DNA of 39,325 nt, from the sequence record SRR31156797_8491; one strand, 5' to 3'. Made by a program: the position numbers and the translations under genes. Shown here piece by piece: positions 21,066-32,107 of the stretch (its first letter is position 1; every line of letters begins with the position of its first letter). The notes under the pieces were generated by a model, which made no database searches, was not told the DNA's origin, and saw only the letters and a program-made list of their open reading frames with translations.

Positions 21066-21091
21066 AAAAGCCAGCTTCAAGCTGGCTTTTT
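21066..21091. terminator. Bidirectional terminator between miaE and pyrF
   Basis: AAAAGCCAGCTT-C-AAGCTGGCTTTT inverted repeat. Confidence 0.88.
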
Positions 21092-21105
21092 ACATTCGGA
21101 AAACG

Positions 21106-21801
21106 TTAAACGAGTGTCGCGTTGATTTCTGCCAATACCTCAGCTGGATTCGCAGCTTGAGTAATCGGACGACCAATCACAAGATAATCTGAACCTGCTT
21201 GAACCGCTTCATATGGTGTCATGATACGACGCTGGTCACCGGCATCAGAGCCTACAGGACGGATGCCTGGTGTCACTAATTTAAACTCTTGACCTAAGCT
21301 TTGCTTAAGCAGCTGAGACTCTTGTGCAGAACATACCACACCATCCAAACCTGCATTCTTGGTTAGGCTAGCTAAACGCATCACTTGCTCTTGTGGCTCA
21401 ACATTCAAACCAATACCCGCTAAGTCATTCTGTTCCATGCTGGTCAACACTGTCACACCGATCAGTAATGGGCGGTCTTTGCCATAAGGCTCAATAATTT
21501 CGCGTGATGCTGCCATCATACGCTCACCACCGCTCGCATGAACATTAACCATCCAAACACCCAGCTCAGCAGCCGCTTTAACCGCTTTGGAGCAAGTATT
21601 TGGAATGTCATGGAACTTAAGGTCTAAGAAGACTGAAAAACCACGTTTGTGTAGCTCACGAACAAAATCAGGGCCAAAAAGGGTAAACATCTCTTTACCA
21701 ACTTTTAAACGACAGCTAGATGGGTCAATTTTGCTGACGAATTCAAGCGCAGCCGCTTGATTATCATAATCCAGTGCTACGATCACTTTCTGGTCGTTCA
21801 T
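21106..21801 (-). CDS. pyrF: Orotidine-5'-phosphate decarboxylase
   Basis: [21 protein letters not shown] and VIGRPI motifs; SD AGGAG. Confidence 0.97.
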   Translation of the reverse strand: MNDQKVIVALDYDNQAAALEFVSKIDPSSCRLKVGKEMFTLFGPDFVRELHKRGFSVFLDLKFHDIPNTCSKAVKAAAELGVWMVNVHASGGERMMAASREIIEPYGKDRPLLIGVTVLTSMEQNDLAGIGLNVEPQEQVMRLASLTKNAGLDGVVCSAQESQLLKQSLGQEFKLVTPGIRPVGSDAGDQRRIMTPYEAVQAGSDYLVIGRPITQAANPAEVLAEINATLV

Positions 21802-21828
21802 TACTACTCCTAAATTTACAATCACCCG

Positions 21829-21854
21829 AAAAAATGCAGCCCAGAAGCTGCATT
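21829..21854 (-). terminator. Terminator-like hairpin between lapB and pyrF
   Basis: Minus strand AATGCAGC-TTCTGG-GCTGCATT, ending in a run of six T. Confidence 0.6.
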
Positions 21855-21868
21855 AAATAATCACTTTG

Positions 21869-23038
21869 CTATTCGCCGTCCAAACCTCGAATCGGTTTGA
21901 TCGACCCCCACCCTTTACATGATGGGCAATGCCAATACAAAGAGTGAGTAGAAAAACCACACTTACGACATCGATAGTGCGGCTTCACTTTTAATTGCTC
22001 ACCCACCAACTTCTTAAGCGTAGACAAACTTTCTTTGGCTCGCCCCTCTTCCGCTTCAGCAAGATGGTAATCAATAAGACGATAAAAACCTTTCATCGTC
22101 GGATTCTTAACTAGCTGACGTGTCAGTAACTCCTGTGCAGTACCCACACCTTCATGTTGAGCAACCAACTGTGCCAACATCAGCTCGGCCGACACACCTG
22201 CTTTGTTGGATATACACTGACGTAAAAACTCCACTAACTCTTGTTCCTGACCTAAATGATAGTAACACTCGGCCAGAGTCGGCAGAACTTCACCGATAAA
22301 GTCGATGTCCTGCTCAAGTACCATTTTCATGTAGTGGATGGTCTGCTTGTAATCTTCACTTTCAAGGTAAGACTTACCCAACGATATACTGGCACGAACA
22401 CATTTAGGGTCTTCGGTTAAAGCGCGTTTAAATAACTGAATACTTTTACTTTCACTACCGTTGGCTTTCTCTTGCATCGCTAACTCACACAAAAAATGAG
22501 CAATGCTATTTTTCATGCGCTTGCGGCCCATTTTGACCAACGCTGTGGCACACTCTATCGCTTTATGCCACTCACGGGTTTGCTGGTAGATGGAAGTTAA
22601 TTGTTGAAGTGCCGACTCACGATGGTCAGGCTCATCAACCAGTTGTTCGAAAATTCGCTCTGCGCGATCGAGTAAACCCGACACCATGTAGTCTTTGGCT
22701 AACTGCTGCAGTGCTAAGTTTTTTTGATCAACGGTTAATCCAGAGCGAGATATCAAATTTTGGTGAATGCGAATTGCGCGGTCGACTTCACCTCGGGAAC
22801 GAAATAGATTACCCAAGGCTAAGTGAGTATCAATGGTTTCATTATCGACCTGAAGCAGCTCGATAAAGTGATCTACCGCTTTATCTGATTGGTCAGACAA
22901 CAGCAAGTTAAGACCCGTAACATATTGACGAGAAATTTGATGAGATTGTTTCTGCTTGTCTTGCTGGGCACTACGATTACCCATATACCAACCGTATGCG
23001 GCAGCTATTGGCAATAACAAGAAGAGGATTTCTAACAT
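21869..23038 (-). CDS. lapB: LPS assembly protein LapB (YciM)
   Basis: MLEILFLLLPIAAAYGWYMG, TPR repeats and C-terminal rubredoxin CRKCG..CPSC. Confidence 0.96.
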   Translation of the reverse strand: MLEILFLLLPIAAAYGWYMGNRSAQQDKQKQSHQISRQYVTGLNLLLSDQSDKAVDHFIELLQVDNETIDTHLALGNLFRSRGEVDRAIRIHQNLISRSGLTVDQKNLALQQLAKDYMVSGLLDRAERIFEQLVDEPDHRESALQQLTSIYQQTREWHKAIECATALVKMGRKRMKNSIAHFLCELAMQEKANGSESKSIQLFKRALTEDPKCVRASISLGKSYLESEDYKQTIHYMKMVLEQDIDFIGEVLPTLAECYYHLGQEQELVEFLRQCISNKAGVSAELMLAQLVAQHEGVGTAQELLTRQLVKNPTMKGFYRLIDYHLAEAEEGRAKESLSTLKKLVGEQLKVKPHYRCRKCGFSTHSLYWHCPSCKGWGSIKPIRGLDGE

Positions 23039-23051
23039 CTAAAAAACAGCC

Positions 23052-23339
23052 TTATCCAATATTCATTTTACTTTCTGGCTGTTCCTGTTTTGCAGGGGTA
23101 AGTTTTTGAAGTTTCTTGTTCAACTTACGGACTTTCATCTTAGAACGTAGATGTAAACTGCCAAAGATAATCCATGCAATGACGAAACCTGCTACAAATA
23201 CTGAACCGAGCAACGTTGAAAGATGAAACTCGCCTTGTGCGAGTAGATAGTTAAACGTCACTATCTCTTGGTTTTGAGAGCCTAATGCTAATGCAATCAG
23301 AAACAGAGCAAGTACCACAACGATTTTTATAATTTTCAT
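23052..23339 (-). CDS. lapA: LPS assembly protein LapA (YciS)
   Basis: Two TM helices; LGSQNQEIVTFNYLLAQGEF motif; directly upstream of lapB. Confidence 0.92.
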   Translation of the reverse strand: MKIIKIVVVLALFLIALALGSQNQEIVTFNYLLAQGEFHLSTLLGSVFVAGFVIAWIIFGSLHLRSKMKVRKLNKKLQKLTPAKQEQPESKMNIG

Positions 23340-23415
23340 AGTCCATCACCTATCCACAAATCGGCCTACCTGATTATGCAGGAAAATCCCCTGACAAACC
23401 ATGTCTATATGACAT

Positions 23416-23447
23416 AAAAAAGCGGCACACTCTATCAGTATGCCGCT
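23416..23447 (-). terminator. Intrinsic terminator after ihfB
   Basis: Minus strand AGCGGCA...TGCCGCTTTTTT. Confidence 0.75.
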
Positions 23448-23467
23448 AATTTGAACTCTCTAATCAG

Positions 23468-23752
23468 TTAGATACTAGCGTTAACTCGCTCACGTAGTTC
23501 TTTACCAGGTTTGAAATGAGGTACATGTTTACCTTCTAATTCCACTTTCTCACCTGTCTTAGGATTACGACCAACGCGAGGCTCACGATAGTGAAGAGAG
23601 AAACTACCGAAACCACGAATTTCGATGCGATCTCCACTCTCAAGAGTGTTGGCCATATGCTCAAGAATATCTTTTACCGCATCTTCGATTTCTTTTGCCG
23701 ACAGATGTGTTTGCTCAGCACAGAGCCTTTCGATCAATTCAGACTTAGTCAT
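23468..23752 (-). CDS. ihfB: Integration host factor beta subunit
   Basis: [26 protein letters not shown] and [10 protein letters not shown] motifs; follows rpsA. Confidence 0.97.
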   Translation of the reverse strand: MTKSELIERLCAEQTHLSAKEIEDAVKDILEHMANTLESGDRIEIRGFGSFSLHYREPRVGRNPKTGEKVELEGKHVPHFKPGKELRERVNASI

Positions 23753-23784
23753 AACTTCCCTCATAGGTTTTATTATCACTTACG

Positions 23785-23835
23785 ATAACCCTAAGTGAAC
23801 TCGATACACATTTTGTGCAAGGTTACTTGAGTATA
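23785..23835. repeat. Collapsed remnant of the TATAC-terminus element (both ends, interior deleted)
   Basis: AAGGTTACTTGAGTATA at 23819-23835 is identical to 4688-4704; ATAACCCTAAGTGAAC at the left resembles the opposite terminus. Confidence 0.6.
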
Positions 23836-24047
23836 GTAGTAATATCAATTCCAACAAACACTTACTTAGTATTGTAGAAAAGAATCTAACAAAATACCTA
23901 ATAGTTTTTGTATGGATTTAAGCTTTATTTACTAAAATATTAGTTCAAGTTATGAGAAATGAACAAAAATGAGCTATTTGTCAGTCTTGTACGGACTAAT
24001 TACCCTAGCTTCAATACCTTAACTAGTGGTAGTAGTCTATTTGGAAC

Positions 24048-24073
24048 AAAAAAAAGGAGCCTTGCGGCTCCTT
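24048..24073 (-). terminator. Intrinsic terminator after rpsA
   Basis: Minus strand AAGGAGCC-GCAA-GGCTCCTTTTTTTT (GNRA loop). Confidence 0.9.
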
Positions 24074-24098
24074 CTTATTAGCGATTGCTATATAGCTA

Positions 24099-25769
24099 TT
24101 ATTCGCCTTTAGCAGCTTTGAAAGCGTCTGCCATTGCGTTACCGAAAGAAGCACCATCTTCTTGGTTGATAGAAGCCATTGCTTCTTGCTCTTCAGCTTC
24201 ATCTTTAGCTTTGATAGATAGGTTGATTACGCGGTTCTTACGGTCTACACCAGTAAATTTCGCTTCAACGCTGTCACCAACGCTTAGGATTAGAGATGCA
24301 TCTTCTACGCGGTCACGAGCAACTTCAGAAGCACGGATGTAACCTTCTACACCTTCTTCTAGCTCGATAGTAGCGCCTTTAGCGTCAACTGCAGTAACAG
24401 TACCGTTAACTAGAGCACCTTTCTTGTTGTCAGCAACATAAGCATTGAATGGGTCGTTTTCCATTTGCTTAACGCCTAGAGAGATACGCTCACGCTCTGC
24501 GTCTACTGCTAGAACAACTGCAGAGATCTCGTCGCCTTTCTTGTAATCACGTACAGCTTCTTCACCTGCAACATTCCAAGAAATGTCAGAAAGGTGAACT
24601 AGACCGTCGATGCCGCCGTCAAGACCGATGAAGATACCGAAGTCAGTGATTGACTTGATCTTACCAGTAACTTTATCGCCTTTAGCTTGCGCTTCAGCGA
24701 ATGACTGCCATGGGTTAGCTTTACACTGTTTCAGACCTAGAGAGATACGACGACGTTCTTCGTCGATATCAAGAACCATAACCTCAACTTCGTCGCCAAC
24801 ATTAACAACTTTAGATGGGTGGATGTTCTTGTTAGTCCAATCCATTTCAGAAACGTGTACTAGACCTTCAACGCCTTCTTCGATTTCAACGAAGCAGCCG
24901 TAATCAGTTAGGTTAGTTACGCGACCAGTTAGCTTGTGACCTTCTGGGTAACGCTTAGCGATTGCTACCCATGGATCTTCGCCTAGTTGCTTAAGACCTA
25001 GTGATACGCGAGTACGGTCACGGTCGAACTTAAGAACTTTAACTAGGATTTCGTCACCAACGTTAACGATTTCTGATGGGTGCTTAACACGTTTCCAAGC
25101 CATATCTGTGATATGTAGAAGACCGTCAACACCACCAAGATCAACGAATGCACCGTAGTCAGTAAGGTTCTTAACGATACCTTTAACTTCAGTACCTTCT
25201 TGTAGAGTTTCAAGAAGTTCGTCACGCTCAACGCTGCTTTCTGATTCGATAACAGCACGACGAGAAACAACAACGTTGTTACGTTTCTGGTCTAGCTTGA
25301 TAACTTTGAACTCTAGCTCTTTGTTTTCTAGGTGAGCAGTGTCACGGATAGGACGTACGTCTACTAGAGAGCCTGGAAGGAATGCACGGATACCGTTTAG
25401 TTCAACAGTGAAACCGCCTTTAACTTTACCGTTGATGATACCAACAACAGTTTCAGCTTCTTCGTATGCTTTCTCAAGAACGATCCATGATTCGTGACGC
25501 TTAGCTTTCTCACGAGAAAGTTGAGTTTCACCGAAACCGTCTTCAACAGCGTCTAGAGCAACATCTACTTCAGAACCAACTTCAACTTCAAGTTCGCCAG
25601 CAGCGTTCTTGAATTGTTCAGCAGGGATAGCAGACTCAGACTTAAGGCCAGCATCTACAAGAACGTAACCGTTCTCGATAGCTACTACAGTACCTTTAAC
25701 GATACTACCTTGTTGGAACTCAGTTTCATTTAGGAACTCTTCAAAGAGTTGAGCAAAAGATTCAGTCAT
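24099..25769 (-). CDS. rpsA: 30S ribosomal protein S1
   Basis: [11 protein letters not shown]; six S1 OB repeats ([16 protein letters not shown] and related). Confidence 0.99.
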   Translation of the reverse strand: MTESFAQLFEEFLNETEFQQGSIVKGTVVAIENGYVLVDAGLKSESAIPAEQFKNAAGELEVEVGSEVDVALDAVEDGFGETQLSREKAKRHESWIVLEKAYEEAETVVGIINGKVKGGFTVELNGIRAFLPGSLVDVRPIRDTAHLENKELEFKVIKLDQKRNNVVVSRRAVIESESSVERDELLETLQEGTEVKGIVKNLTDYGAFVDLGGVDGLLHITDMAWKRVKHPSEIVNVGDEILVKVLKFDRDRTRVSLGLKQLGEDPWVAIAKRYPEGHKLTGRVTNLTDYGCFVEIEEGVEGLVHVSEMDWTNKNIHPSKVVNVGDEVEVMVLDIDEERRRISLGLKQCKANPWQSFAEAQAKGDKVTGKIKSITDFGIFIGLDGGIDGLVHLSDISWNVAGEEAVRDYKKGDEISAVVLAVDAERERISLGVKQMENDPFNAYVADNKKGALVNGTVTAVDAKGATIELEEGVEGYIRASEVARDRVEDASLILSVGDSVEAKFTGVDRKNRVINLSIKAKDEAEEQEAMASINQEDGASFGNAMADAFKAAKGE

Positions 25770-25857
25770 TTATTTAATCTTCAATAATTAAACGTCCACG
25801 GGCATCCTACCACGTGGGGGTTATTAAATTCGCCGGTCATCATCCTTGCAACCAACG
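25770..25857 (-). promoter_or_regulatory. rpsA SD-less autoregulatory translation-initiation leader
   Basis: Two hairpins (25832-25856, 25796-25816), each with AGGAU in the apical region, separated by A/U-rich spacers; only GAAG before the AUG; this is the known gammaproteobacterial rpsA leader fold. Confidence 0.8.
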
Positions 25858-25874
25858 CTCTTAGCTGACGTGGT

Positions 25875-26555
25875 TTATTCCGCCAACTTCGATTCGATAT
25901 ATTGTAGTGCTTTTTCTACGACTTCGTCGATGGACATTTCTGTCGAATCCAGCACTAGCGCATCCTCTGCAGGGCGTAATGGAGCCACTGGGCGGTTACG
26001 ATCTCGATCGTCACGCTCTTGGATTTCGCTTAAAAGGGCGTCAAATTTAACATCAAGCCCCTTCAGTTGCAACTGCTTGAAGCGTCTACGAGCTCTTTCT
26101 TCAGCGCTCGCATCTAAGAAAATCTTTGCTTCAGCCGCTGGGAAGACAACGGTACCCATATCTCTACCGTCAGCCACTAAGCCTTTACCTTCAGCAAACG
26201 CTCGTTGTCTGCGTAATAACGCTTCACGAACTCGTGGTAAAGCAGCCACTTTTGACGCTGCCATACCGGTTTGCTCTTTACGTAACTCTTTAGAGACGTC
26301 CTCGCCTTCTAAGATTACTTTTACCAGATCACCTTCAGCAATAAATTGCACGTCTAAGTGCATCGCCATTGGAACTAACGCTTCTTCGGACTCTAGATCG
26401 ACACCGTGGTGAATCGCGGCTAGAGCTAATACACGATAGATCGCGCCAGAGTCTAAGAGATGAAAACCGAGCTTATTAGCAAGCAGCATGCAAAGTGTTC
26501 CTTTACCTGCACCACTTGGACCATCTACGGTAATCACCGGTGTTTGTGAGGGCAT
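25875..26555 (-). CDS. cmk: Cytidylate kinase
   Basis: [17 protein letters not shown] and [11 protein letters not shown] motifs; upstream of rpsA. Confidence 0.97.
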   Translation of the reverse strand: MPSQTPVITVDGPSGAGKGTLCMLLANKLGFHLLDSGAIYRVLALAAIHHGVDLESEEALVPMAMHLDVQFIAEGDLVKVILEGEDVSKELRKEQTGMAASKVAALPRVREALLRRQRAFAEGKGLVADGRDMGTVVFPAAEAKIFLDASAEERARRRFKQLQLKGLDVKFDALLSEIQERDDRDRNRPVAPLRPAEDALVLDSTEMSIDEVVEKALQYIESKLAE

Positions 26556-26613
26556 GTTTTACTCCACTTATTTTTATTCGCAGATAAGATTATCTGCGCT
26601 TCACCGGCGGCAA

Positions 26614-26642
26614 ATTATAGAGGTATTAGGGCAAAGGTTCTA
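26614..26642 (-). promoter_or_regulatory. Putative sigma70 promoter of cmk-rpsA
   Basis: TAGAAC-N17-TATAAT followed by a GC-rich discriminator (TTGCCGCCGG). Confidence 0.6.
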
Positions 26643-26662
26643 GGAAGGATTTAGACTTTTAC

Positions 26663-26688
26663 AAAAAAGCCCGGGGTAAACCCGAGCT
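26663..26688 (-). terminator. Intrinsic terminator after comEA
   Basis: Minus strand AGCTCGGG...CCGGGCTTTTTT. Confidence 0.7.
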
Positions 26689-26709
26689 AAACAATCGCGA
26701 TTCATTTCT

Positions 26710-27015
26710 TCAAAGCAAGATGCGAGATGCGTTTTTACTCACAGTAGCCTCACCAATCCCTTTCACATTGGTGAGATCTTCTTTGGTTTCAAAAGCCCCA
26801 TGCTGTTGTCGGTACTCCACAATGGCTTGTGCTTTTTTAATCCCTACACCTTTGAGCAACGTCGATATTTCTTCAGCCGACGCTGTATTCACGTTGACGG
26901 TAATTTCGACTCCAGCTTGTTTAGATGCCGCTTGTCCACTTTCATTTGCAAACGAAGGTGCCATCGGCAGTGAGCAAGCAAGTATAATCGCCAAAAACCA
27001 TGTTTTAATAGACAT
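26710..27015 (-). CDS. comEA: Periplasmic DNA-uptake protein ComEA
   Basis: Signal peptide (SFA cleavage site); VNVNTASAEEI and two HhH motifs (LKGVGIKKA, VKGIGEAT); ATG 27015 behind GGAG. Confidence 0.93.
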   Translation of the reverse strand: MSIKTWFLAIILACSLPMAPSFANESGQAASKQAGVEITVNVNTASAEEISTLLKGVGIKKAQAIVEYRQQHGAFETKEDLTNVKGIGEATVSKNASRILL

Positions 27016-27093
27016 GTCATTCTCCAATTAATTAAACGGAAGTTGACATACTAAAGCTTCGCCGAGCGTCGCTAACTTTGATTTTTTACAAAT

Positions 27094-27120
27094 AAAATGG
27101 GCTGCAGTTGCAGCCCATTT
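27094..27120 (-). terminator. Intrinsic terminator after ppiD
   Basis: AAATGGGCTGCA/TGCAGCCCATTT inverted repeat followed by a T-rich tail on the minus strand. Confidence 0.85.
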
Positions 27121-27151
27121 CGTTAAACATATCAATTACATAAATTTACTG

Positions 27152-29011
27152 TTATTGACTCACAGCGTAATACTCAATGTCCGTGTTCTGTCTTAAAACA
27201 GAAATAACACCTTGAACATCTTGTTGAACGCCCATACGAGTCAACTGAGCACCTATTTGGTTCTGGAATTGAGGTTCAATTTTCGCTTCAACTTTGCTCA
27301 GCTCAACAATCACGATGTTGCCATCCATATCTTTCGCTTGACCATAAACCACCTCACCTTGCTCTGGTTTTGGCATAGCAAAAACCGTTTGTGCAATCGC
27401 TGTGCCGCGGTCTACAGATTGAAGTTCACCAAAAGACAAATCATTTTCTGCTAACAGTGACTTATCACCCTCTTTCAGTGCAGCAACCAGCGTTTCACCT
27501 AGCTCTAGAGCTTGTTGTTCACCTTTTACTTGCGAAAGTTGGGCAACAACCTGATCTTTAACTTCTTCAAGAGGAAGCGCCATTTCTGGTCGAGACTCTT
27601 CAACACGAACAACAATCACATGCTCAGGCGCAATTTCGATAACTTCAGAGTTCAAACCATCTTCCATCACTTCAGGTGAAAGAATCGCTTGTTGAACAGT
27701 GCTGCTGTTCAGTACTTCAGGTGCGTCCTGTGCAGAAATGAAATCTGTCGTTGTGACTTTGGCAGAAATGGCTTTCGCCGCATCATCCAATGAATCAGGG
27801 TATTCAAACGCTACCTTTTCCAACTCAGTCTGTAACTCGTAAAATTTGTCGATGGCTTTTTGATTTGCAAGTTCAGTCTTAATTTCTGCTGCCACTTCTT
27901 CAAACGGCTTGGCTACAGATGCTTTTAATCCGTCCAATTTGATGATGTGGTAACCGAAGTCTGATTTTACCAAACCCGTTACGTCACCGACGTTACCAAG
28001 TGCAAACGCCGCTTCTTCAAAAGCAGGGTCCATAGTGTCACGTTCAACCCACCCCAGTGAACCACCAGCATCAGCACTGCCGATATCTTCTGATTTTTCT
28101 TCTGCCAGAGTTGTGAAATCAGCACCAGCGTTTAGCTCATCAAGAATCGCTTGTGCTTTTGCTTCATCATCACCTTGAACCAAAATATGGCTCACTTCGC
28201 GTTGTTCTGCGGTTGAGTAATGATCCAAGTGTTCTTGGTAGTACTGCTGCACTTCTTCATCGCTAACCGTCACTTGCTCAGCCAGCTGTTGAGCTGAAAG
28301 CTCAATGTAGGACACTTTGGCTTGCTCTGGGCGAGTGTAACGCTCAGTGTTTTGAGTGTAGTACTGCTCGATTTCTTCGTCAGTTAACGATGTTTTGTTG
28401 GCAAACTCTTCAACAGACAAAGTGATGGTGCGAATATCACGAGTTTGAGCGATTAATGCATTTTGAGCGTCGATTTCGCCTTGAAGAGTGAACTCACTCG
28501 CCTGTAGCGCTGAACTCAATTGGCTGCGTAGTAAGTCGCGGCGGATATACTCTGCAAAAGACTCAGCATTAAAGCCAGCACGGCGAAGAGCCATTTGGTA
28601 AATATCTTGGTCAAACTTGCCTTCAGATTGGAACTGAGGCATTTCTAAAATAAGTTTACGAACTTGCTCATCGCTAATACGTAAACCTAAAGAATCCGCA
28701 TGTTGCTCAATAAGCACATCATTGATCATACGATCTAAAACAGAGCGACGGAAAGAGGCGACGTAAGCAGGGTCCGCAAGTAGGCTTGAGAAATAATCAC
28801 CCATTTGAGATTGCATACGATTTCTTTCATTTTGGTAAGCTTGCTCAAACTGACCTCGGCCAATTTCTGTATTGCCGACCTTAGCGGCTGCATTGTTGCT
28901 ACCACTGACTAAGTAGCTACCGACACCTGCGAAGATAAAAGAAAGGATGATGAGTCCTAGGATAATTTTTACCGCGATGCTGTTAACGCCCTCGCGTAAT
29001 CGGTCCATCAT
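27152..29011 (-). CDS. ppiD: Periplasmic chaperone / PPIase PpiD
   Basis: MMDRLREG and N-terminal TM; SurA-like domain; parvulin motifs VSHIL, GGSLGW and SDFGYHII; follows hupB. Confidence 0.95.
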   Translation of the reverse strand: MMDRLREGVNSIAVKIILGLIILSFIFAGVGSYLVSGSNNAAAKVGNTEIGRGQFEQAYQNERNRMQSQMGDYFSSLLADPAYVASFRRSVLDRMINDVLIEQHADSLGLRISDEQVRKLILEMPQFQSEGKFDQDIYQMALRRAGFNAESFAEYIRRDLLRSQLSSALQASEFTLQGEIDAQNALIAQTRDIRTITLSVEEFANKTSLTDEEIEQYYTQNTERYTRPEQAKVSYIELSAQQLAEQVTVSDEEVQQYYQEHLDHYSTAEQREVSHILVQGDDEAKAQAILDELNAGADFTTLAEEKSEDIGSADAGGSLGWVERDTMDPAFEEAAFALGNVGDVTGLVKSDFGYHIIKLDGLKASVAKPFEEVAAEIKTELANQKAIDKFYELQTELEKVAFEYPDSLDDAAKAISAKVTTTDFISAQDAPEVLNSSTVQQAILSPEVMEDGLNSEVIEIAPEHVIVVRVEESRPEMALPLEEVKDQVVAQLSQVKGEQQALELGETLVAALKEGDKSLLAENDLSFGELQSVDRGTAIAQTVFAMPKPEQGEVVYGQAKDMDGNIVIVELSKVEAKIEPQFQNQIGAQLTRMGVQQDVQGVISVLRQNTDIEYYAVSQ

Positions 29012-29129
29012 AGTGTTACTGCTCTCCGGATTAAAAGTGATACCAATGCAATGCGCCAAGTTACGACTAACTAATGCTGGAATTGGTATTACAGACTTCA
29101 GCCAAAATTGAATAGCGCGATAATATCAG

Positions 29130-29160
29130 AAAAAGAAATGCGCATCAGTAGGATGCGCAT
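29130..29160 (-). terminator. Intrinsic terminator after hupB
   Basis: ATGCGCATC/GATGCGCAT stem followed by TTCTTTTT on the minus strand. Confidence 0.8.
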
Positions 29161-29216
29161 AATTTAAAAAGGTTCGAATTAATTTTGCAAATTAACTGCA
29201 AAAAATCATTCTAAAA

Positions 29217-29489
29217 TTAGTTACAAGCGTCTTTAAGTGCTTTACCAGCTTTGAATGCTGGAACTTTAGCTTCAGCGATTTGGATCTCTTCGCCAGTTTT
29301 TGGGTTACGACCAGTGCGAGCTGCACGAGTACGAACTTGGAAAGTACCAAAGCCAACTAGAGCTACTTGGTCGCCTGACTGAAGCGTGTCGCTAACTGCT
29401 TCGATAAATGCGTCAAGAGCACGACCCGCTGAAGCTTTTGAGAGATCAGCGTTAGCTGCAATTTGTTCTACTAATTGTGTTTTATTCAC
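29217..29489 (-). CDS. hupB: DNA-binding protein HU-beta
   Basis: [21 protein letters not shown] and [11 protein letters not shown] motifs; lon-hupB-ppiD synteny; GTG start. Confidence 0.96.
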   Translation of the reverse strand: MNKTQLVEQIAANADLSKASAGRALDAFIEAVSDTLQSGDQVALVGFGTFQVRTRAARTGRNPKTGEEIQIAEAKVPAFKAGKALKDACN

Positions 29490-29616
29490 TGTGATTCCCC
29501 TTTGGTCGCCAATTTATTATTTTGTTCGGCGCCTATTCGTTCCATTGATGTTTTAAAGATAACCTAAAGCCTTGTTACAACTGGGCTGAAAGCTATAGTT
29601 GATAACGGTAGCCTCC

Positions 29617-29656
29617 AAAAAAAACGCTGACAAGCCCTTTTTAGGCTAATCAGCGT
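29617..29656 (-). terminator. Intrinsic terminator after lon
   Basis: Minus strand CGCTGATTAGCC...GGCTTGTCAGCG followed by T8. Confidence 0.8.
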
Positions 29657-29685
29657 AATCTTTTACTTATTTTTGCTACACATCA

Positions 29686-32037
29686 CTATTTTTCGGCTTC
29701 AAACGCGACACCTGTCGGGTCATTCTCGAGTGCGACCTTTAAAACTTCGTCGATCCAACGCACTGGAATAACCTTCAGATCAGCAATGACATTGTCTGGA
29801 ATCTCTTCCAAATCACGCTCATTATCCTTTGGAATTAACGCTGTTTTGATCCCACCACGATGCGCGGCAAGCAGTTTTTCTTTCAAACCACCAATCGGCA
29901 AAACTTCACCACGGAGAGTAATTTCACCGGTCATTGCCACATCTGCTCGTACCGGGTTACCCGTTAAAGAGGAAACCAATGCGGTACACATAGCCGTACC
30001 CGCACTTGGTCCATCTTTCGGTGTTGCACCTTCAGGCACGTGAACGTGAATATCGCGCTTCTCATAGAAATCTGAATTAATACCCAGTTTTTCTGCTCGA
30101 GAACGTACCACTGTCATTGCAGCCTGAATTGACTCTTGCATCACTTCACCCAATGACCCCGTTTGGGTTAATTTACCCTTACCAGGCATTGATTGAGTTT
30201 CGATAGTAAGCAGATCGCCACCCACTTCTGTCCATGCAAGACCAGTCACCTGACCAATTCGGTTATGCTCGTCGGCTTTACCATAGTCGAAGCGCTGCAC
30301 ACCAAGGTACTCTTTCAGGTTATCCTGGCTAACCGTGACGTGTTTAACGTCTTTGTTAAGCAGGATATTCTTCACCGCTTTACGGCAGATCTTCGAAATC
30401 TCGCGCTCTAGGCTACGTACGCCCGCTTCTCGGGTGTAGTAACGAATCACGCCGATAATGGCGGAATCTTCAATCGTGATTTCAGCAGGTTTCAGACCAT
30501 TGCGTTCAATTTGTTTATCCACTAAGTGGCGCTTAGCGATGTTCAGTTTTTCGTCTTCGGTGTAACCGGATAGACGAATTACTTCCATACGATCCAGCAA
30601 CGGACCTGGAATATTCATCGAGTTTGACGTCGCTACGAACATAACGTCAGACAAATCGTAGTCTACTTCTAAGTAGTGGTCATTGAATGAGTTGTTTTGT
30701 TCTGGGTCCAACACTTCTAACAGTGCCGAAGCTGGGTCACCACGCATATCCGATGCCATCTTATCGATTTCATCCAATAGGAATAGTGGGTTTTTAACAC
30801 CAACTTTTGACATTTTCTGGATAAGCTTACCCGGAAGTGAACCGATGTATGTTCGACGGTGACCACGGATTTCCGCTTCATCACGTACACCACCTAAAGC
30901 CATGCGAGTGTACTTACGTCCTGTTGCAGCAGCGATAGAGCGACCCAAAGATGTTTTACCTACACCAGGAGGACCAACAAGACAAAGAATTGGACCTTTG
31001 AGCTTGCTGATACGGCTTTGAACTGCCAAGTATTCCAGAATACGTTCTTTCACACGTTCAAGGCCATAATGATCGGCATTCAGAATCTCTTCTGCTTTAG
31101 CCAGATTACGTTTTACTTTTGAACGTTTTGCCCAAGGAACGTTGATCATCCAGTCGATATAGCTACGTACAACGGTTGCTTCTGCCGACATTGGCGACAT
31201 CATTTTAAGCTTTTGTAGCTCTTGTTCTGTCTTCTCACGCGCTTCAGCTGGCATTTTAGATTCGTCGATTTTCTGTTTCAGAACTTCGAACTCATCAACA
31301 CCGTCTTCAGTTTCACCCAGCTCTTTCTGAATCGCTTTCATCTGCTCATTCAGATAATACTCGCGCTGAGATTTTTCCATCTGCTTTTTAACACGGGTGC
31401 GAATGCGCTTTTCAACTTGAAGCAGATCGATTTCTGATTCCATTTGCCCCATTAAAAATTCCAGACGTTCAGTCACGTCTAAAATTTCTAGAACTTGTTG
31501 TTTATCTGCCAACTTAAGCGGCATATGGGCTGCTATGGTATCCGCCAAACGCGCAGCTTCATCGATACCATTTAGAGAAGTGAGTACTTCAGGTGGAATC
31601 TTTTTATTAAGCTTAATAAAGCCTTCGAACTGATTGATCGCACTACGAACAATCACTTCTTGTTCTTTTTCGTCCAGTTCAGGCGTCAGTAAAAATTCAG
31701 CACTTGCAGAAAAGAATTCGCCTTCATGGAATTCGCTGATTTTTGCACGCTGCTGGCCTTCAACCAGCACTTTTACGGTGCCATCTGGAAGCTTGAGCAA
31801 TTGAAGAATTGTTGCAACCGTACCGACTTCAAACAGGTCAGAAATGGTAGGTTCGTCTGTTTCGGCCTGCTTTTGTGCAACCAAAAGAACTTGTTTGTTG
31901 TTATCCATTGCAGCTTCTAGACACTGAATCGATTTTTCACGACCAACAAACAGAGGGATCACCATATGTGGATACACCACTACGTCACGTAGAGGTAGTA
32001 CGGGGATCTCTATACGCTCGGAACGCTCCAAGTTCAT
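29686..32037 (-). CDS. lon: ATP-dependent protease Lon
   Basis: [21 protein letters not shown] and catalytic PKDGPSAG motifs. Confidence 0.99.
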   Translation of the reverse strand: MNLERSERIEIPVLPLRDVVVYPHMVIPLFVGREKSIQCLEAAMDNNKQVLLVAQKQAETDEPTISDLFEVGTVATILQLLKLPDGTVKVLVEGQQRAKISEFHEGEFFSASAEFLLTPELDEKEQEVIVRSAINQFEGFIKLNKKIPPEVLTSLNGIDEAARLADTIAAHMPLKLADKQQVLEILDVTERLEFLMGQMESEIDLLQVEKRIRTRVKKQMEKSQREYYLNEQMKAIQKELGETEDGVDEFEVLKQKIDESKMPAEAREKTEQELQKLKMMSPMSAEATVVRSYIDWMINVPWAKRSKVKRNLAKAEEILNADHYGLERVKERILEYLAVQSRISKLKGPILCLVGPPGVGKTSLGRSIAAATGRKYTRMALGGVRDEAEIRGHRRTYIGSLPGKLIQKMSKVGVKNPLFLLDEIDKMASDMRGDPASALLEVLDPEQNNSFNDHYLEVDYDLSDVMFVATSNSMNIPGPLLDRMEVIRLSGYTEDEKLNIAKRHLVDKQIERNGLKPAEITIEDSAIIGVIRYYTREAGVRSLEREISKICRKAVKNILLNKDVKHVTVSQDNLKEYLGVQRFDYGKADEHNRIGQVTGLAWTEVGGDLLTIETQSMPGKGKLTQTGSLGEVMQESIQAAMTVVRSRAEKLGINSDFYEKRDIHVHVPEGATPKDGPSAGTAMCTALVSSLTGNPVRADVAMTGEITLRGEVLPIGGLKEKLLAAHRGGIKTALIPKDNERDLEEIPDNVIADLKVIPVRWIDEVLKVALENDPTGVAFEAEK

Positions 32038-32071
32038 ATTATTCTCTCTTCCGCTTTGATATATATCGAGT

Positions 32072-32099
32072 ATATGGGGGCTAACTAACTGGATTCAAT
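32072..32099 (-). promoter_or_regulatory. sigma32 (RpoH) promoter of lon
   Basis: ATTGAAT-N13-CCCCATAT about 35 bp upstream of the lon start; lon is an established RpoH target. Confidence 0.85.
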
Positions 32100-32107
32100 A
32101 ACAGAAT

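Noticed and set aside
25770-25857. rpsA lacks a Shine-Dalgarno sequence
   Set aside because: Known S1 autoregulatory leader of gammaproteobacteria
25846-26412. 188-aa antisense ORF over cmk, and the other 60-115 aa antisense or overlapping ORFs in the track
   Set aside because: Shadow frames of well-conserved genes, with no motifs or convincing RBS
27058-27073. CRP-S-like site upstream of comEA (AGCGA-N6-GCGAA on the minus strand)
   Set aside because: Only one half-site resembles TGCGA-N6-TCGCA; too weak to call even though competence regulation is expected here
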